DNA of 64,000 nucleotides from an uncultured Planctomycetaceae bacterium (GTDB lineage: Bacteria; Planctomycetota; Phycisphaerae; SM23-33), in the NCBI GenBank assembly GCA_964616985.1, contig CAZTVF010000005.1:6771-70770 (forward strand). Direction: 5' to 3'. A program made the position numbers and the translations under genes. Below are positions 36,097-45,580 of this stretch, piece after piece. Numbering within the stretch: the stretch's first letter is position 1; each line of letters opens with the position of its first letter. Below the pieces are notes generated by a model that was given only the letters and a program-made list of their open reading frames with translations, searched no databases and had not been told where the DNA came from.

Positions 36097-38946
36097 TTAC
36101 TTCGCCGGGGCCGAAGTGGGCGGCTCGGCGGCAGGCGTCATTATAACGCGTCCCATCCGCTCGGGCACGTGGTTATTGTTGCTGTGGACGGGCGACCACA
36201 TGGATCGTTCCATGCCGTACATGTGACGCGTGCGGATGACGTTGAAGGCAATCTTCTGCCCGGTGGCGGCGTCCTTAACGCCCAAGGTCTTCCAGGGGAT
36301 GGCGACTGTGAGCGTCCAGGACGTGGCGTCCTTGTCCGCGTGGACCTGCCAGGGGCCGTTCCAGTTGGCGTCCCAGACCTCGCCCTCGTACTGCGTGCCG
36401 ATGGAATTGGCGACGAACTGGAAATAAGTCATGGCACCGGCGTTGGGGTCGACGAAGATCTCGACACTGTCCTCGTTGTACACCGCCCCGTCGTGCTGCG
36501 TGACAGATGGCCTCATGTTCGCCAAGATCTTCTTATCTTCGAAACAACGGATGCTGAGGTATAGGGCATTGGCGTCGTGCAGCAGCCGCACCTCAGTGGG
36601 CTGGGCCGCGTTGGCGTCCCCCGTGGCGTTGACGAAGCCCGGCAGGGCCGACGCCTTCGCCCAGGCAGGGTCTTTGAGGCCATCCTCGATCTTGGGCCCC
36701 TTGGCCACCGCCGGGCACAGGGCGCGGGGCTGGCGGGCCAGCGCGACCGCTCGCGCGTCGATATTCACCGGCGGCTGCACCAGCGCGTTGGCGTCGGCTG
36801 CGAGGCCGACCGATACCACCGGGTGCGGCTGGACTTCGGCCGGGTTGCCTTCAAAGGCCAGGGCGAAGGACACCTCCCGCGATTCGCCCGCGGCAAGGTT
36901 GGCCTCCGCCCGCAGGGGCGAGACCTTCCAGCGGCAGTTGGCTGGCAGCGTCCACACAGCCGCCTGCGCCGCCGGCTGGGATGTCGCATTCCGCAGCGGC
37001 ACCTTCACGGTACCGCAGACGGCGCCCGTTTCATCGCTGACGGCGAAGTCGCGGGCCGTCAGCGGCCGGACATATTGCAGCCCGCCGCCCGGTGGGACGT
37101 CGATCACCACGCGGATGCCGGCCGTGGACAACGGTTGCCGATCGGCGTTGAGCGGGCGACGCTGCGCCGAACGTCCGCCACGCGCGACCTTTCGGTCGGT
37201 GGCTGCCGGCCCGGCGGGGTCTACGGCCGGGCTGAAGGCATAGTAGTCCTTGGCGTACCAGTCGGCACACCAGTCCAGGCCTCCGTGCATGCCGTAGAGG
37301 CCCCAGGGGTTGGGCAGCGGCATCACGTCGAAGTCGTGCTGCAGGGCCGGCTTGTCCCCGAACGACCATCGCTCTGGCGTGCCGGCGCGGGCGGCGTATT
37401 CCCACTGCGCCTCCGTCGGCAGATGTGCGCGCAGGCCCGTCTGCAGCGAAAGGCGGCGGCAGAAATCGGCCGCCTGCTGCCAAGTCAACTCGGCGGGCAT
37501 CCTCGCCGCCGCCTGCTCGATCGCCGTCACCACGCTCGGCGACAGCTTGACGTCTGTGGCCTGGCCGCTGACACCATCGGGCGTCTGGCCGGGAAGGTGC
37601 CCCATCACAGCGCAGTACTGCGCACCGGTCAAGCGGGAGGCGCTGATGTAGAAAGGCTTCGACAGCGTCACTTCGTGCTGCGGTCCTTCATCGGCCTCTC
37701 GCTGGGCCTCGTCGGCGGGCGAGCCCATCGTGAACTTTCCCGCGGGCACGAGCACCAGCGGCATCAGCACGCCTCCGGCCAACTCGAGGGATTCGGCCTT
37801 CGGAGCATTGGGGCCGCAGGCCAGGGCGGCCGCCGCCTGCATCATGGCGGCACGCGCGATGGCCGCCAGGCGAGGATTGGCGCCCGCGGAGGCCTCCACC
37901 GTTTTGAGGGCCTCCACGGCGGTCGGCGAGCCAAGCACTGAAAGGACGCGGACCGAGCGCAGGGAGGTCATCTCCTTGGCCTGCACCTGCACGGCCTCAC
38001 GGTCCAGCAGTTCCTGCAGGCGCGCGCGGACCTCTTCGGACTCGGTAGTCTTGAGGGCTTCTCGCAGCAGCGGGGCGGCGACAGGTCCGATCTTGGCGAG
38101 GGCGTCCGACGCGGCCTTGCGATTGGCGAACTCATCGGCGTCCAGCTGTGTCACGAGCTTGGCGACCATGGCGGCATCGACCCCGCCGCTGGCATGCTTG
38201 GCGGCGATGAACTTCGCCGCCGCGTCGCCGGCGGCCACGAGGGACCATTGCGCATCGATCCCAACCGGCGCGGGCTCGCCCAGCCTGGCCCACAGCACTT
38301 CCATCTGCGATTTGGTAAGGTCCACGACCGCGGCGATGGCTTCGACCCGCACGTTGTCCAGCCCCCAGGCGATGATGCTACCGCCCGCGCCCTGGCCTTC
38401 GCAGACGAGGTTCGCTTCGGGGGCCTCGTGCGGCAGGACGACACTGACCTGGTGAATCGTGTTGTAGCTGGGCTCGTGGCCCCGGCTGTTGAGGGAGAGC
38501 TTGTCCCTGGCCGCCGGCTTGGGGTTGAGCTCATCGATCAACGTGAGGCTGCCGGCCGTCGCATCGGATCCCGTGAAGGTCAGACGTGTCAGCAGCTGTC
38601 CGCCGCCCGTGCGAAGCGACCACGACGAACTGCTGGAGGGAAAGCTCATCAGCATGTATACATCGAGCGTCATCCGCAGGAACTTGTGCGGCGGGAGATT
38701 GTGAAGCGAAAGGGTCGGCCCCGCGTTCTCGAAGCGGCCCAGGAAGGTCCGCTTGATCCCGGAGGCGTTCTCGCGGCGGTCGCTGGACCACTCGCTGCCG
38801 ACGCCGGCGGCGAAGTTGGATTCATAGACGAGCGTCTCGCCGCTGGTTCGCGACGAGGCTGCCGCCTTGGGGGCCTGCGCCTCGGCGGCCGAGAACACCG
38901 CCGCCAGCAGCGCGAAAGCACAAACGCTCCAACCTGCGATCCGCAT
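36097..38946 (-). CDS. secreted multidomain protein with formylglycine-generating-enzyme (FGE/SUMF1 sulfatase-maturase) domain and C-terminal CBM9/DOMON-like domain
   Basis: It has a signal peptide. The FGE block reads LVPAGKFTMGSPADE...GPQHEVTLSKPFYISASRLTGAQY...WQQAADFCRRLS...LPTEAQWEYAARAGT...WGLYGMHGGLDWCADWY. The C-terminus ...DANALYLSIRCFEDKK...YNEDSVEIFVDPN...YFQFVANSIGTQYEG... resembles CBM9. Confidence 0.6.
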   Translation of the reverse strand: MRIAGWSVCAFALLAAVFSAAEAQAPKAAASSRTSGETLVYESNFAAGVGSEWSSDRRENASGIKRTFLGRFENAGPTLSLHNLPPHKFLRMTLDVYMLMSFPSSSSSWSLRTGGGQLLTRLTFTGSDATAGSLTLIDELNPKPAARDKLSLNSRGHEPSYNTIHQVSVVLPHEAPEANLVCEGQGAGGSIIAWGLDNVRVEAIAAVVDLTKSQMEVLWARLGEPAPVGIDAQWSLVAAGDAAAKFIAAKHASGGVDAAMVAKLVTQLDADEFANRKAASDALAKIGPVAAPLLREALKTTESEEVRARLQELLDREAVQVQAKEMTSLRSVRVLSVLGSPTAVEALKTVEASAGANPRLAAIARAAMMQAAAALACGPNAPKAESLELAGGVLMPLVLVPAGKFTMGSPADEAQREADEGPQHEVTLSKPFYISASRLTGAQYCAVMGHLPGQTPDGVSGQATDVKLSPSVVTAIEQAAARMPAELTWQQAADFCRRLSLQTGLRAHLPTEAQWEYAARAGTPERWSFGDKPALQHDFDVMPLPNPWGLYGMHGGLDWCADWYAKDYYAFSPAVDPAGPAATDRKVARGGRSAQRRPLNADRQPLSTAGIRVVIDVPPGGGLQYVRPLTARDFAVSDETGAVCGTVKVPLRNATSQPAAQAAVWTLPANCRWKVSPLRAEANLAAGESREVSFALAFEGNPAEVQPHPVVSVGLAADANALVQPPVNIDARAVALARQPRALCPAVAKGPKIEDGLKDPAWAKASALPGFVNATGDANAAQPTEVRLLHDANALYLSIRCFEDKKILANMRPSVTQHDGAVYNEDSVEIFVDPNAGAMTYFQFVANSIGTQYEGEVWDANWNGPWQVHADKDATSWTLTVAIPWKTLGVKDAATGQKIAFNVIRTRHMYGMERSMWSPVHSNNNHVPERMGRVIMTPAAEPPTSAPAK

Positions 38947-39034
38947 GAGATGGCTCCGTAGAGGTGATGCCCCTATTCTCTAGCCACCCCTGGACGAAAT
39001 GCAAGGAAATAGATTACGCGTGGGGCCAGAAATC

Positions 39035-39134
39035 GGAAGCACGAAGCCCAAAAACTCGAAGCACGAAGCCCAAAAACTCGAAGCACGAAGCACGAAATCC
39101 GAAACAAGCCCGAATACGGGTTCGGATTTCGTGC
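39035..39134 (-). terminator. candidate terminator region for the upstream minus-strand gene: tandem 22-bp repeats plus a 14-bp-stem hairpin
   Basis: GAAGCACGAAGCCCAAAAACTC occurs twice, then GCACGAAATCCGAA-(18-nt loop containing the CCCGAATACGGG sub-hairpin)-TTCGGATTTCGTGC. On the minus strand the hairpin is followed by GAGTTTTTGGG. Confidence 0.35.
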
Positions 39135-39151
39135 TTCGGATTTCGGATTTC

Positions 39152-40141
39152 TCAGGCGCCTCCAGCGGCGACAAACGCCTCGTAGGCCCAGTCGTCCCAC
39201 TCGTTCTTGACGCCGATGCCGGGCAGGTCGGGATAGTTCTTGGCGATCAGGCCGCCGCGGAACGTATCCACCATGCGGCGCGTCTCGCGCTCGATCAACT
39301 CGCGGTCGCCCGTCGGCAGCACCTTCTGGATATCGCATGGCGAGTACAGCCCAACGCCGTGCTTGCGCAGTTTGGCCGCCAGGGCCGGCAGATCGTACAC
39401 GGCCGGCTGATCGAACTGCAGGCAGTCGATGCCCGCCTCGCACAGGTCGTCCACCAGGGCCCAGTTGTAGCCGCACGAGTGCTGGATCACCTTCATGCCG
39501 TACTGATGGGCCTTGCCCGTGAGACGCTCGTACAGCGGGCGGAAGATGTCTCGCCACATGGCCGGGCTCATCAGGGTGCGGTCCTGGATGCCCAGGTCCT
39601 CGCAGAACATGATGCCGTCAACGCCGGCCTTGCCGTACTGCTCGATCACGCCCTCCAGCATCGTGGTGACGCGGTCGTGGAGGATGTCGATGCGCTCGCG
39701 TTCCTCGATGAGGTCGAGGAAGTAGATCTCCATCTTCCGCAGGTAGCGGCAGGTGGCGAAGGGCCAGCCGGGCATCCAGCCCAGGCGGAAGCGGTCGGTA
39801 CCCGAGGCGGCCAGGTCGCGGGCGCCCTGGAAGAAGGCGGGGTTGGCCAGGTCCGGCAACTGCAGGCCCTCGAGCTTGTCCCACGTGTCCAGGGCGGGCT
39901 TGAAGATCTCGCCGCCCTGCGACATGCCCGAGATGCGGTGCCACACGTTGCCCCAGGCGTCGGTGCGAAACTCGATCTCGCCCTCCGTCCACACCTCGGC
40001 TTTGAAGCCATCGTTGACCCCGCAGCCGGCGAAGTCGTTGCGGCGGTCGCGGTCGAAGTTCAGGCCGATGCGCTCTTCGCAGCGGCACTCGATGTTCTGG
40101 CGAATCACTTCACGCGGGGTCAAGGGCATCGCGGGCTCCAT
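39152..40141 (-). CDS. uroporphyrinogen decarboxylase (URO-D) family protein, paralog 2
   Basis: It is homologous to 27730-28824 and 41803-42804 (...IFRPLYERL...GMKVIQHSCGYNWALVDDLCEAGIDCLQFDQP...). Confidence 0.55.
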   Translation of the reverse strand: MEPAMPLTPREVIRQNIECRCEERIGLNFDRDRRNDFAGCGVNDGFKAEVWTEGEIEFRTDAWGNVWHRISGMSQGGEIFKPALDTWDKLEGLQLPDLANPAFFQGARDLAASGTDRFRLGWMPGWPFATCRYLRKMEIYFLDLIEERERIDILHDRVTTMLEGVIEQYGKAGVDGIMFCEDLGIQDRTLMSPAMWRDIFRPLYERLTGKAHQYGMKVIQHSCGYNWALVDDLCEAGIDCLQFDQPAVYDLPALAAKLRKHGVGLYSPCDIQKVLPTGDRELIERETRRMVDTFRGGLIAKNYPDLPGIGVKNEWDDWAYEAFVAAGGA

Positions 40142-40189
40142 TCGTTTCAGGCTGTGGTTGCAGGGATTATCCGCTCCCCGGCGCGCCGG

Positions 40190-41761
40190 TCAAGCCTTCC
40201 TCGCGGCCGAGTCGCTGCGGCCATAGGCGTGCAGCCGGAATCGGCACAGGGTGAGGCGGTCGTGCAGCACCACGCCGGTGCCGTGGCAGGACTCGTCGCC
40301 GTTGAGGCGGCGGGTGGCAAGGAACTCGCCGCTGGCATAGCGGCCCTCGTCCGATTCCAGGATCTCCGCCGCGACCAGCGAGCCGTCCGTCGGCTCGGAG
40401 GTGAAGATGATGTTGTAGCCCATGGCCAGGAATACCCCGCCGCCAAGCGATACCAGCAGGGCCGAGCCGGGCACGGCACACTCGGCCAGCTTGCGGCTGG
40501 TCCGCGGCCGCAGGCGGAAGCCATCCAGTTCCACCATCCACGACTCGTCATCGGCCTGTTGCAGGAAGCCCGCGGTCCTGCCCTGGGCCGCCGCCTCGGC
40601 CAGGGGCGGCCCCATCTCTCGAAGTGCGGCATACACGTCGGCCAGCGGGTGGGGGGCCTTCATTGCGTCAATGCCGAACGGCGCGAACCCGATGGCCCCG
40701 TGCTGCCCGATCGCGTAGAGGCACTTGGCCGCGGCGGCGGGCGTGGCGTTGGTCTCGGGGACGAACAGCGGGTTGTCCTCGCGGGCATAGTCGGCCGCGT
40801 GGTGGCGGAAGTCAGGCTGGTAGATGTCCGGCGCCAACAGGGCGATGCTCGGCGCCGCGGCCCGCCAGATTTCGTACACCTTGGTTACCGGCCCGCCGCT
40901 GGGATACTGTCCGGGCTTGTAGCCCGGCCCGGCGATCAGCCACGCGTTGGCGTACATCGGCAGGTCGTACTCGGCCTTGCCCGCGCGGGCCATCTGCTCC
41001 ACGTACCGCGCCACGTGCCAGGCCATGAATACTTCGTCGGCCTCGCCCGCGAAGACCTCGGCCCACGTGCCCTGCATGCGTGCGCCCGCGGCATCCCACG
41101 CGTCGCGGATGGGCGCACTGAGCCGGTCGCGGCGCCGGGCCAGGTGCGACATCAACTCCGCCGGCACGGCCTGGGCGAACGCCGCCTCGGCCGCGGCCGA
41201 GCGGTCGCGGGCGATCGACAGCACGCCTGTCTCGTTCTCCACCTGCACCATCAGCACGGTGTGGCGGTCGGCGTCGATCTGGCCGATGCGTCTCATCACC
41301 GCCGCGAACGCCCGGGCGTCGGCGGCCAGCACGGCGGGGCTGAACATGCTCAGCGTCCAGCTGGGCTTGCCCGCTTCGCCCTCGGCACGGGGGAATCGCT
41401 TGAGGTCGGTTTTCACCCACGCGGGGGCGTAGCAGGAGATCGCGTTCTTCATCGCCCCGAACCACAGGAACACCAGGTGCAGCCCGCGGCTGCGGCACGA
41501 CTCGACGATGCCCTCGAGCAGCGTGAAATCGAACCGGCCTTCGACGGCCTCGACGAGGTCCCAGTACAGCGGCAGGATGGCCAGGTTGGAGTTTAGGCTC
41601 ACCAGGCCGTCGAGCACCGGCTGGATGTACTCGAGGTTGGACCCCGAGCTGTTGTTCGTCTGCCCGCCCAGCAGGATGCTCGGCCGCCCTTCAATCACCA
41701 GTTTGCCTCGCCCGCCGGCGGTCTGTGCGGGCGGGATGATCTTGATCCAGTCGTGGCTCAT
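40190..41761 (-). CDS. clan GH-A glycoside hydrolase (GH35/GH42-like TIM barrel), 523 aa
   Basis: The catalytic acid/base-like block HTVLMVQVENETG matches the GH35-type QxENE motif, and the upstream FDFTLLEGIVESCRSRGLHLVFLWFG is TIM-barrel-like. The track ORF 40190-42736 carries a spurious 325-aa extension, and the start was set at MSHDWIKII. Confidence 0.5.
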   Translation of the reverse strand: MSHDWIKIIPPAQTAGGRGKLVIEGRPSILLGGQTNNSSGSNLEYIQPVLDGLVSLNSNLAILPLYWDLVEAVEGRFDFTLLEGIVESCRSRGLHLVFLWFGAMKNAISCYAPAWVKTDLKRFPRAEGEAGKPSWTLSMFSPAVLAADARAFAAVMRRIGQIDADRHTVLMVQVENETGVLSIARDRSAAAEAAFAQAVPAELMSHLARRRDRLSAPIRDAWDAAGARMQGTWAEVFAGEADEVFMAWHVARYVEQMARAGKAEYDLPMYANAWLIAGPGYKPGQYPSGGPVTKVYEIWRAAAPSIALLAPDIYQPDFRHHAADYAREDNPLFVPETNATPAAAAKCLYAIGQHGAIGFAPFGIDAMKAPHPLADVYAALREMGPPLAEAAAQGRTAGFLQQADDESWMVELDGFRLRPRTSRKLAECAVPGSALLVSLGGGVFLAMGYNIIFTSEPTDGSLVAAEILESDEGRYASGEFLATRRLNGDESCHGTGVVLHDRLTLCRFRLHAYGRSDSAARKA

Positions 41762-41802
41762 GCGTGCTCCGTTGATGACGTTAATGAGGCTTGGCCGAGG
41801 GG

Positions 41803-42804
41803 TTAGTGCCGGGTGCTCCCGGCCAGTTGGCAGTAGTGTTTGAGCAGGCGGACGTAGGTGTGGAAGTCGGCGAGGCTGACGCCGGGCGGGGTCTGGTGGT
41901 CGGTGGAGGGAAGGAAACCGCCGCTGCGCATGACGGGCAGGAGGCGTTCGCACTCGGCCGTGATGGCGGCCTCGCCCAGGTGCGTGACGGTCTTGTCGAA
42001 GCCGCCGATCATCCGCCACGTGGGGTAGAGGCGGCGGAGTTCGGCCACGTCCACGCCGGCCATCCGCTCCAGCGGCAGGCAGCCTTCGATGCCGGCCGCC
42101 TGCATCCAGGGCACGACGGGCATGACGTCGCCGTCGGTGTCGACCATGGGGATCACGCCCGCCTGCTTGAGCCGCGGCACGATGCGGCGGTAGCGGGGGG
42201 CGATGAACTCGTCGAACTGCTCGCGGCTGAGCATCGGGCCGTGGTTGTAGGAGAGGTCCTCGGCGAAGGTCAGCACGTCGGGGGCGAGGATCGCCAGCAC
42301 CTGGTCGAGGACGGCATTGTTCCAGCGGCACAGGTCGTCGTTGATGCGGTGCATGAGGGCCGGCTGGTCGTAGAAGGCGAAGAGGTGGGGCTCGACGCCG
42401 AAGATCTCGCGCGGGAACCAGAAGAAACCGTCGATCTGCATCCAGACCACGACGTCGCCCGTGGCCTGGGCGGCGGCGATGCGGCGGAGATTGGCCGTAT
42501 CCAGAACGGGCGCCTGCCGCAGCGTGGGCGCGACGACGCGTTCGTAGTCGGCCTCGCTGTCGATGTAGCCCGCGCTGCGGGGCCTGTCGGCCGGGCGGGG
42601 CAGGGTCCACCGCGGGCTGATCCACACCCATTCGTTGACGGCCAGGCCGAAGTGCCGCAGCGTGTCCTCGCGCGAGAGCTTGGGCAGCCCCTCGCCGCAC
42701 CATCGCTCGAGCGTCTTGTCCCACCAGGAAATCCATTCCATCGCCGGCAGGGCGCCCGCCGGCTGGAAGTTCATGAGGGCCTTGAACTGCTGGCGGATGT
42801 TCAT
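41803..42804 (-). CDS. uroporphyrinogen decarboxylase (URO-D) family protein, paralog 3
   Basis: It is the third homolog (...FDEFIAPRYRRIVPRLKQAGVIPMVDTDGDVMPVVPWMQAAGIEGCLPLE...). It overlaps the nucleoside hydrolase stop by ATGA. Confidence 0.55.
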   Translation of the reverse strand: MNIRQQFKALMNFQPAGALPAMEWISWWDKTLERWCGEGLPKLSREDTLRHFGLAVNEWVWISPRWTLPRPADRPRSAGYIDSEADYERVVAPTLRQAPVLDTANLRRIAAAQATGDVVVWMQIDGFFWFPREIFGVEPHLFAFYDQPALMHRINDDLCRWNNAVLDQVLAILAPDVLTFAEDLSYNHGPMLSREQFDEFIAPRYRRIVPRLKQAGVIPMVDTDGDVMPVVPWMQAAGIEGCLPLERMAGVDVAELRRLYPTWRMIGGFDKTVTHLGEAAITAECERLLPVMRSGGFLPSTDHQTPPGVSLADFHTYVRLLKHYCQLAGSTRH

Positions 42805-43718
42805 CGTGTGGCCTCCGCTCCCATCACGGTCGAAAGGAACAGCTCGCGCAGGCCCGGCGCGTTGGCTTCGGTGGTGACGTGGATGCTGGCGCCGTTGCTG
42901 CCGGCGACGGTCATGCCGCGGGTGCAGTCGCCGCGCGTCTCCACGCGGATGGACATCGGCTGCGTCTTATAGAACGTGCGGTCGAAGGCGTGCACCATCG
43001 GGAACAGGTCGTACATCACCGGCCCGGGTTTCCAGTTCTGGCCCGGATGCCACACGTCGATCGCCTTGCCCATCGCGATCGCCAGGGGGGAACGGCTGCG
43101 GCGGAAGACGTCGCATTCGGCCATCGTCAGCGTGAACTGTCGCGTCACGCTCCAGGTGCCCATGTGGATCGGCACGCCGCTGGTCAGCACGATGTCCGAC
43201 GCGACGTAGTCGTACGCCACGTTATGCTCGCAGCGGTTGAGGACCATTTCACCGCCCATCATGGCGATGTATTGGATCTTGCCCGCAATGTCGGGCCGCC
43301 TCCGCAAGGCCGTCGCGATGTTCGTCAGCGGGCCGATGCACGCCAGCACGATCTCGCCCGCGTTCTGCTCCACGGTGCGGATGATGAGGTCCACCGCGTC
43401 CTGCCCGGAGGGATCGTCGATCGCTTCCTCGGGCAGGGCGAAGGCGTAGTGGTTCATCGACCGCGACATGTCGTGCTGCTCGGCGAGCTCCTGGGGGCCC
43501 ACCGGCCGCAGGGGCAGTTCCATGCCCGCCGCTACGGGGATGTCATCGCGGCCGAGATATCGCAGCAGTCGCTTGACCAGCCTCACCCGCTTGTCGCTGG
43601 GCCAAGTGACGGTCGTGATCGCCTTGATCTGGAGCTCCGGGCGGAGCGCCGCGAACCATATCGCCAGGAGGTCGTCGATGTCCTGGCCCGGATCAGTGTC
43701 GATGAGAATTCTCTGCAT
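42801..43718 (-). CDS. inosine-uridine-preferring nucleoside hydrolase family protein
   Basis: The N-terminal ILIDTDPGQDIDDLLAI is the IUNH aspartate-cluster signature. Confidence 0.75.
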   Translation of the reverse strand: MQRILIDTDPGQDIDDLLAIWFAALRPELQIKAITTVTWPSDKRVRLVKRLLRYLGRDDIPVAAGMELPLRPVGPQELAEQHDMSRSMNHYAFALPEEAIDDPSGQDAVDLIIRTVEQNAGEIVLACIGPLTNIATALRRRPDIAGKIQYIAMMGGEMVLNRCEHNVAYDYVASDIVLTSGVPIHMGTWSVTRQFTLTMAECDVFRRSRSPLAIAMGKAIDVWHPGQNWKPGPVMYDLFPMVHAFDRTFYKTQPMSIRVETRGDCTRGMTVAGSNGASIHVTTEANAPGLRELFLSTVMGAEATR

Positions 43719-43795
43719 GCGATGATTGTACGGGAAGACAGGCGATTGGGGAATTCCCGTCAGACCTCATTGGGGAAATACCCGTCCGATCTCAT

Positions 43796-43864
43796 GGGTG
43801 GCGGCCTTCCCAGGCCGTCGCCTGCAGCGCCCGTCTTGGGTGGCGGCCTTCCCAGGCCGCCGCC
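43796..43864. repeat. two REP family 1 copies (GGGTGGCGGCCTTCCCAGGCCG(T/C)CGCC) 15 bp apart
   Basis: They lie in the divergent intergenic spacer between the nucleoside hydrolase and aroA. Confidence 0.55.
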
Positions 43865-43928
43865 TCTTGCCAGACGTATTCTTGCAGAGACCGCCGCTCC
43901 CGCATACCATGTCGATACGAGGTGATCG

Positions 43929-45209
43929 ATGGATCTGATTGTCGGAAACTCCCCGAACTTGCATGGCACGGTGAAGATCCCGGCCAACAAGAGCCACTCG
44001 TTCCGCGCGCTGATCATGGCGGCGCTGGGCGAGGGCACCAGCCGGATCGTGAACCCGGCCGTGTCCAATGACTGGATGCTGGGGACCGAGGCGCTGGAGA
44101 TGTTCGGCGCGCGGATCGAGCCCAAGGCCAACGCCGTGTGGGAAGTCACGGGCACCGCGGGCAAACTCACCACGCCCGAGGATGTAATCAACTGCGGCAA
44201 CAGCGGCATTATCCTGCGATTCTTCACCGCCCTGGCCGCCTGCTGCGAGGGGTACACTGTGCTGACGGGCGACGAGTCGCTGCGGCACATCCGCCTCTGC
44301 CAGCCGCTCATCGACGCGATCAACGCCCTTGGCGCGTTCGCCGTGTCCACCAAGGGCGACGGGCATGCCCCGCTGGTGGTCCGGGGGCGGCTTCGCGGTG
44401 GCAGCGCCGAGATCGACGGCATGGACTCCCAGCCGGTGTCGGCCCTGCTGATTGCCTCGGCCCTGGCCGACGCCCCGACCGAGCTGATCGTCCGCCGCGC
44501 GGGCGAGAAGCCGTGGGTGGGCATGACGCTGGCGTGGATGGACCTGTGCAAGGCCGAGTACTCCAACACGAACTTCGAACACTATCGCGTCCGCGGCAAG
44601 AGCCGCTGGCACGCCTTCGAGAGCCACATCCCGCTGGACTGGTCGGCGGCGCTGTACCCCATCGCCGCGGCGGTGCTGACGCCCAACAGCGAGGTTCACA
44701 TCCCGGGCCTGGACTACCGCGACACGCAGGGCGACAAGATGGTCGTCGACGTGCTGCGGAAGATGGGGGCCCAGATCGACACGGCCGACCGCTCGGTGGT
44801 GGCGCGTTCCAGCACGCTCAAGGGCATGACCATCGACTGCAACGACTTCATCGACCAGTTCATGCTGCTGGCCGTGATCGGCGCCTGCGCCGAGGGCGAG
44901 ACCGTTCTCACCAACGCCGAGGTCTGCCGCTACAAGGAATGCGACCGCATCACCGAGATGCGAAAGGCGCTGCAGGCCATGGGGGCCAACGTCGAGGAAC
45001 GCCCTGACGGCCTGGTGATCCGCAAGAGCCAACTGCACTCCGCCCGCCTCGACAGCCGAGGCGACCATCGCATGGTCATGACCATGGCCGTCGCCGGCCT
45101 GTTGGCCGAGGGCGAAACCATCATCACCAAGCCCGACTGCGTGAAGAAGACCTTCCCCCATTTCGTCGAGCAGATGCAGCAACTGGGTTGCGACATGCAA
45201 ATGTCCTGA
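43929..45209 (+). CDS. aroA: 3-phosphoshikimate 1-carboxyvinyltransferase (EPSP synthase)
   Basis: LHGTVKIPANKSHSFRALIMAALGEGTSRI, the (L)KSxS motif, and a 426-aa length match the EPSPS class II pattern. Confidence 0.85.
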   Translation: MDLIVGNSPNLHGTVKIPANKSHSFRALIMAALGEGTSRIVNPAVSNDWMLGTEALEMFGARIEPKANAVWEVTGTAGKLTTPEDVINCGNSGIILRFFTALAACCEGYTVLTGDESLRHIRLCQPLIDAINALGAFAVSTKGDGHAPLVVRGRLRGGSAEIDGMDSQPVSALLIASALADAPTELIVRRAGEKPWVGMTLAWMDLCKAEYSNTNFEHYRVRGKSRWHAFESHIPLDWSAALYPIAAAVLTPNSEVHIPGLDYRDTQGDKMVVDVLRKMGAQIDTADRSVVARSSTLKGMTIDCNDFIDQFMLLAVIGACAEGETVLTNAEVCRYKECDRITEMRKALQAMGANVEERPDGLVIRKSQLHSARLDSRGDHRMVMTMAVAGLLAEGETIITKPDCVKKTFPHFVEQMQQLGCDMQMS

Positions 45210-45299
45210 GAAAAGCTGCTTGCGTCACCGCAGGCCGACGTGCGAGAGAGCTTTTTGGGAGTAATTTCGCGAAGTTTTTCGAGTCCTGCGAAATTGCTC

Positions 45300-45326
45300 T
45301 TGACCGATTCGCCCTTTCTCTATAAT
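45300..45326 (+). promoter_or_regulatory. sigma-70-like promoter for the tRNA (TTGACC - 15 nt - TATAAT)
   Basis: The -10 hexamer TATAAT lies 15 nt upstream of the tRNA 5' end and the spacer is 15 nt, slightly short. Confidence 0.35.
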
Positions 45327-45341
45327 GTTACCAATCCGTTC

Positions 45342-45414
45342 GCGCCGCTAGCTCAGTTGGTAGAGCAGGTGACTCTTAATCACCGGGTCGTAGGTTCGAC
45401 TCCTACGCGGCGCA
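45342..45414 (+). tRNA. tRNA-Lys (anticodon CTT)
   Basis: The manual fold gives acceptor GCGCCGC/GCGGCGC, a D-arm GCTCAGTTGGTAGAGC, an anticodon stem GGTGA/TCACC with loop CTCTTAA (U33, anticodon CUU, A37), a T-arm GTAGG-TTCGACT-CCTAC, and discriminator A. The CCA is not encoded. Confidence 0.8.
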
Positions 45415-45417
45415 CGT

Positions 45418-45452
45418 AAAGACCGGCCCGAAAGGCCGGTCTTTGTTTTTTG
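45418..45452 (+). terminator. rho-independent terminator after tRNA-Lys
   Basis: AGACCGGCC-CGAAA-GGCCGGTCT is followed by TTGTTTTTTG. Confidence 0.65.
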
Positions 45453-45580
45453 TGGGGAAGGCTGTTGCCCGGCGGGAGCCTGCGCTCGTGCCCGTCCGGC
45501 GTGTGTGCGGCAGCGACGATCATGCGTGCCGCGGCGTTTGCCACTTGGCATTGCCGGGGCGGTCGGGTAAATTCCCGCCC

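Noticed and set aside
41762-42736. N-terminal 325-aa extension of the track ORF 40190-42736.
   Set aside because: It is an Arg/Pro-rich reading of the antisense frame of the UroD-like paralog 3 gene. The hydrolase domain starts at MSHDWIKII (41761).
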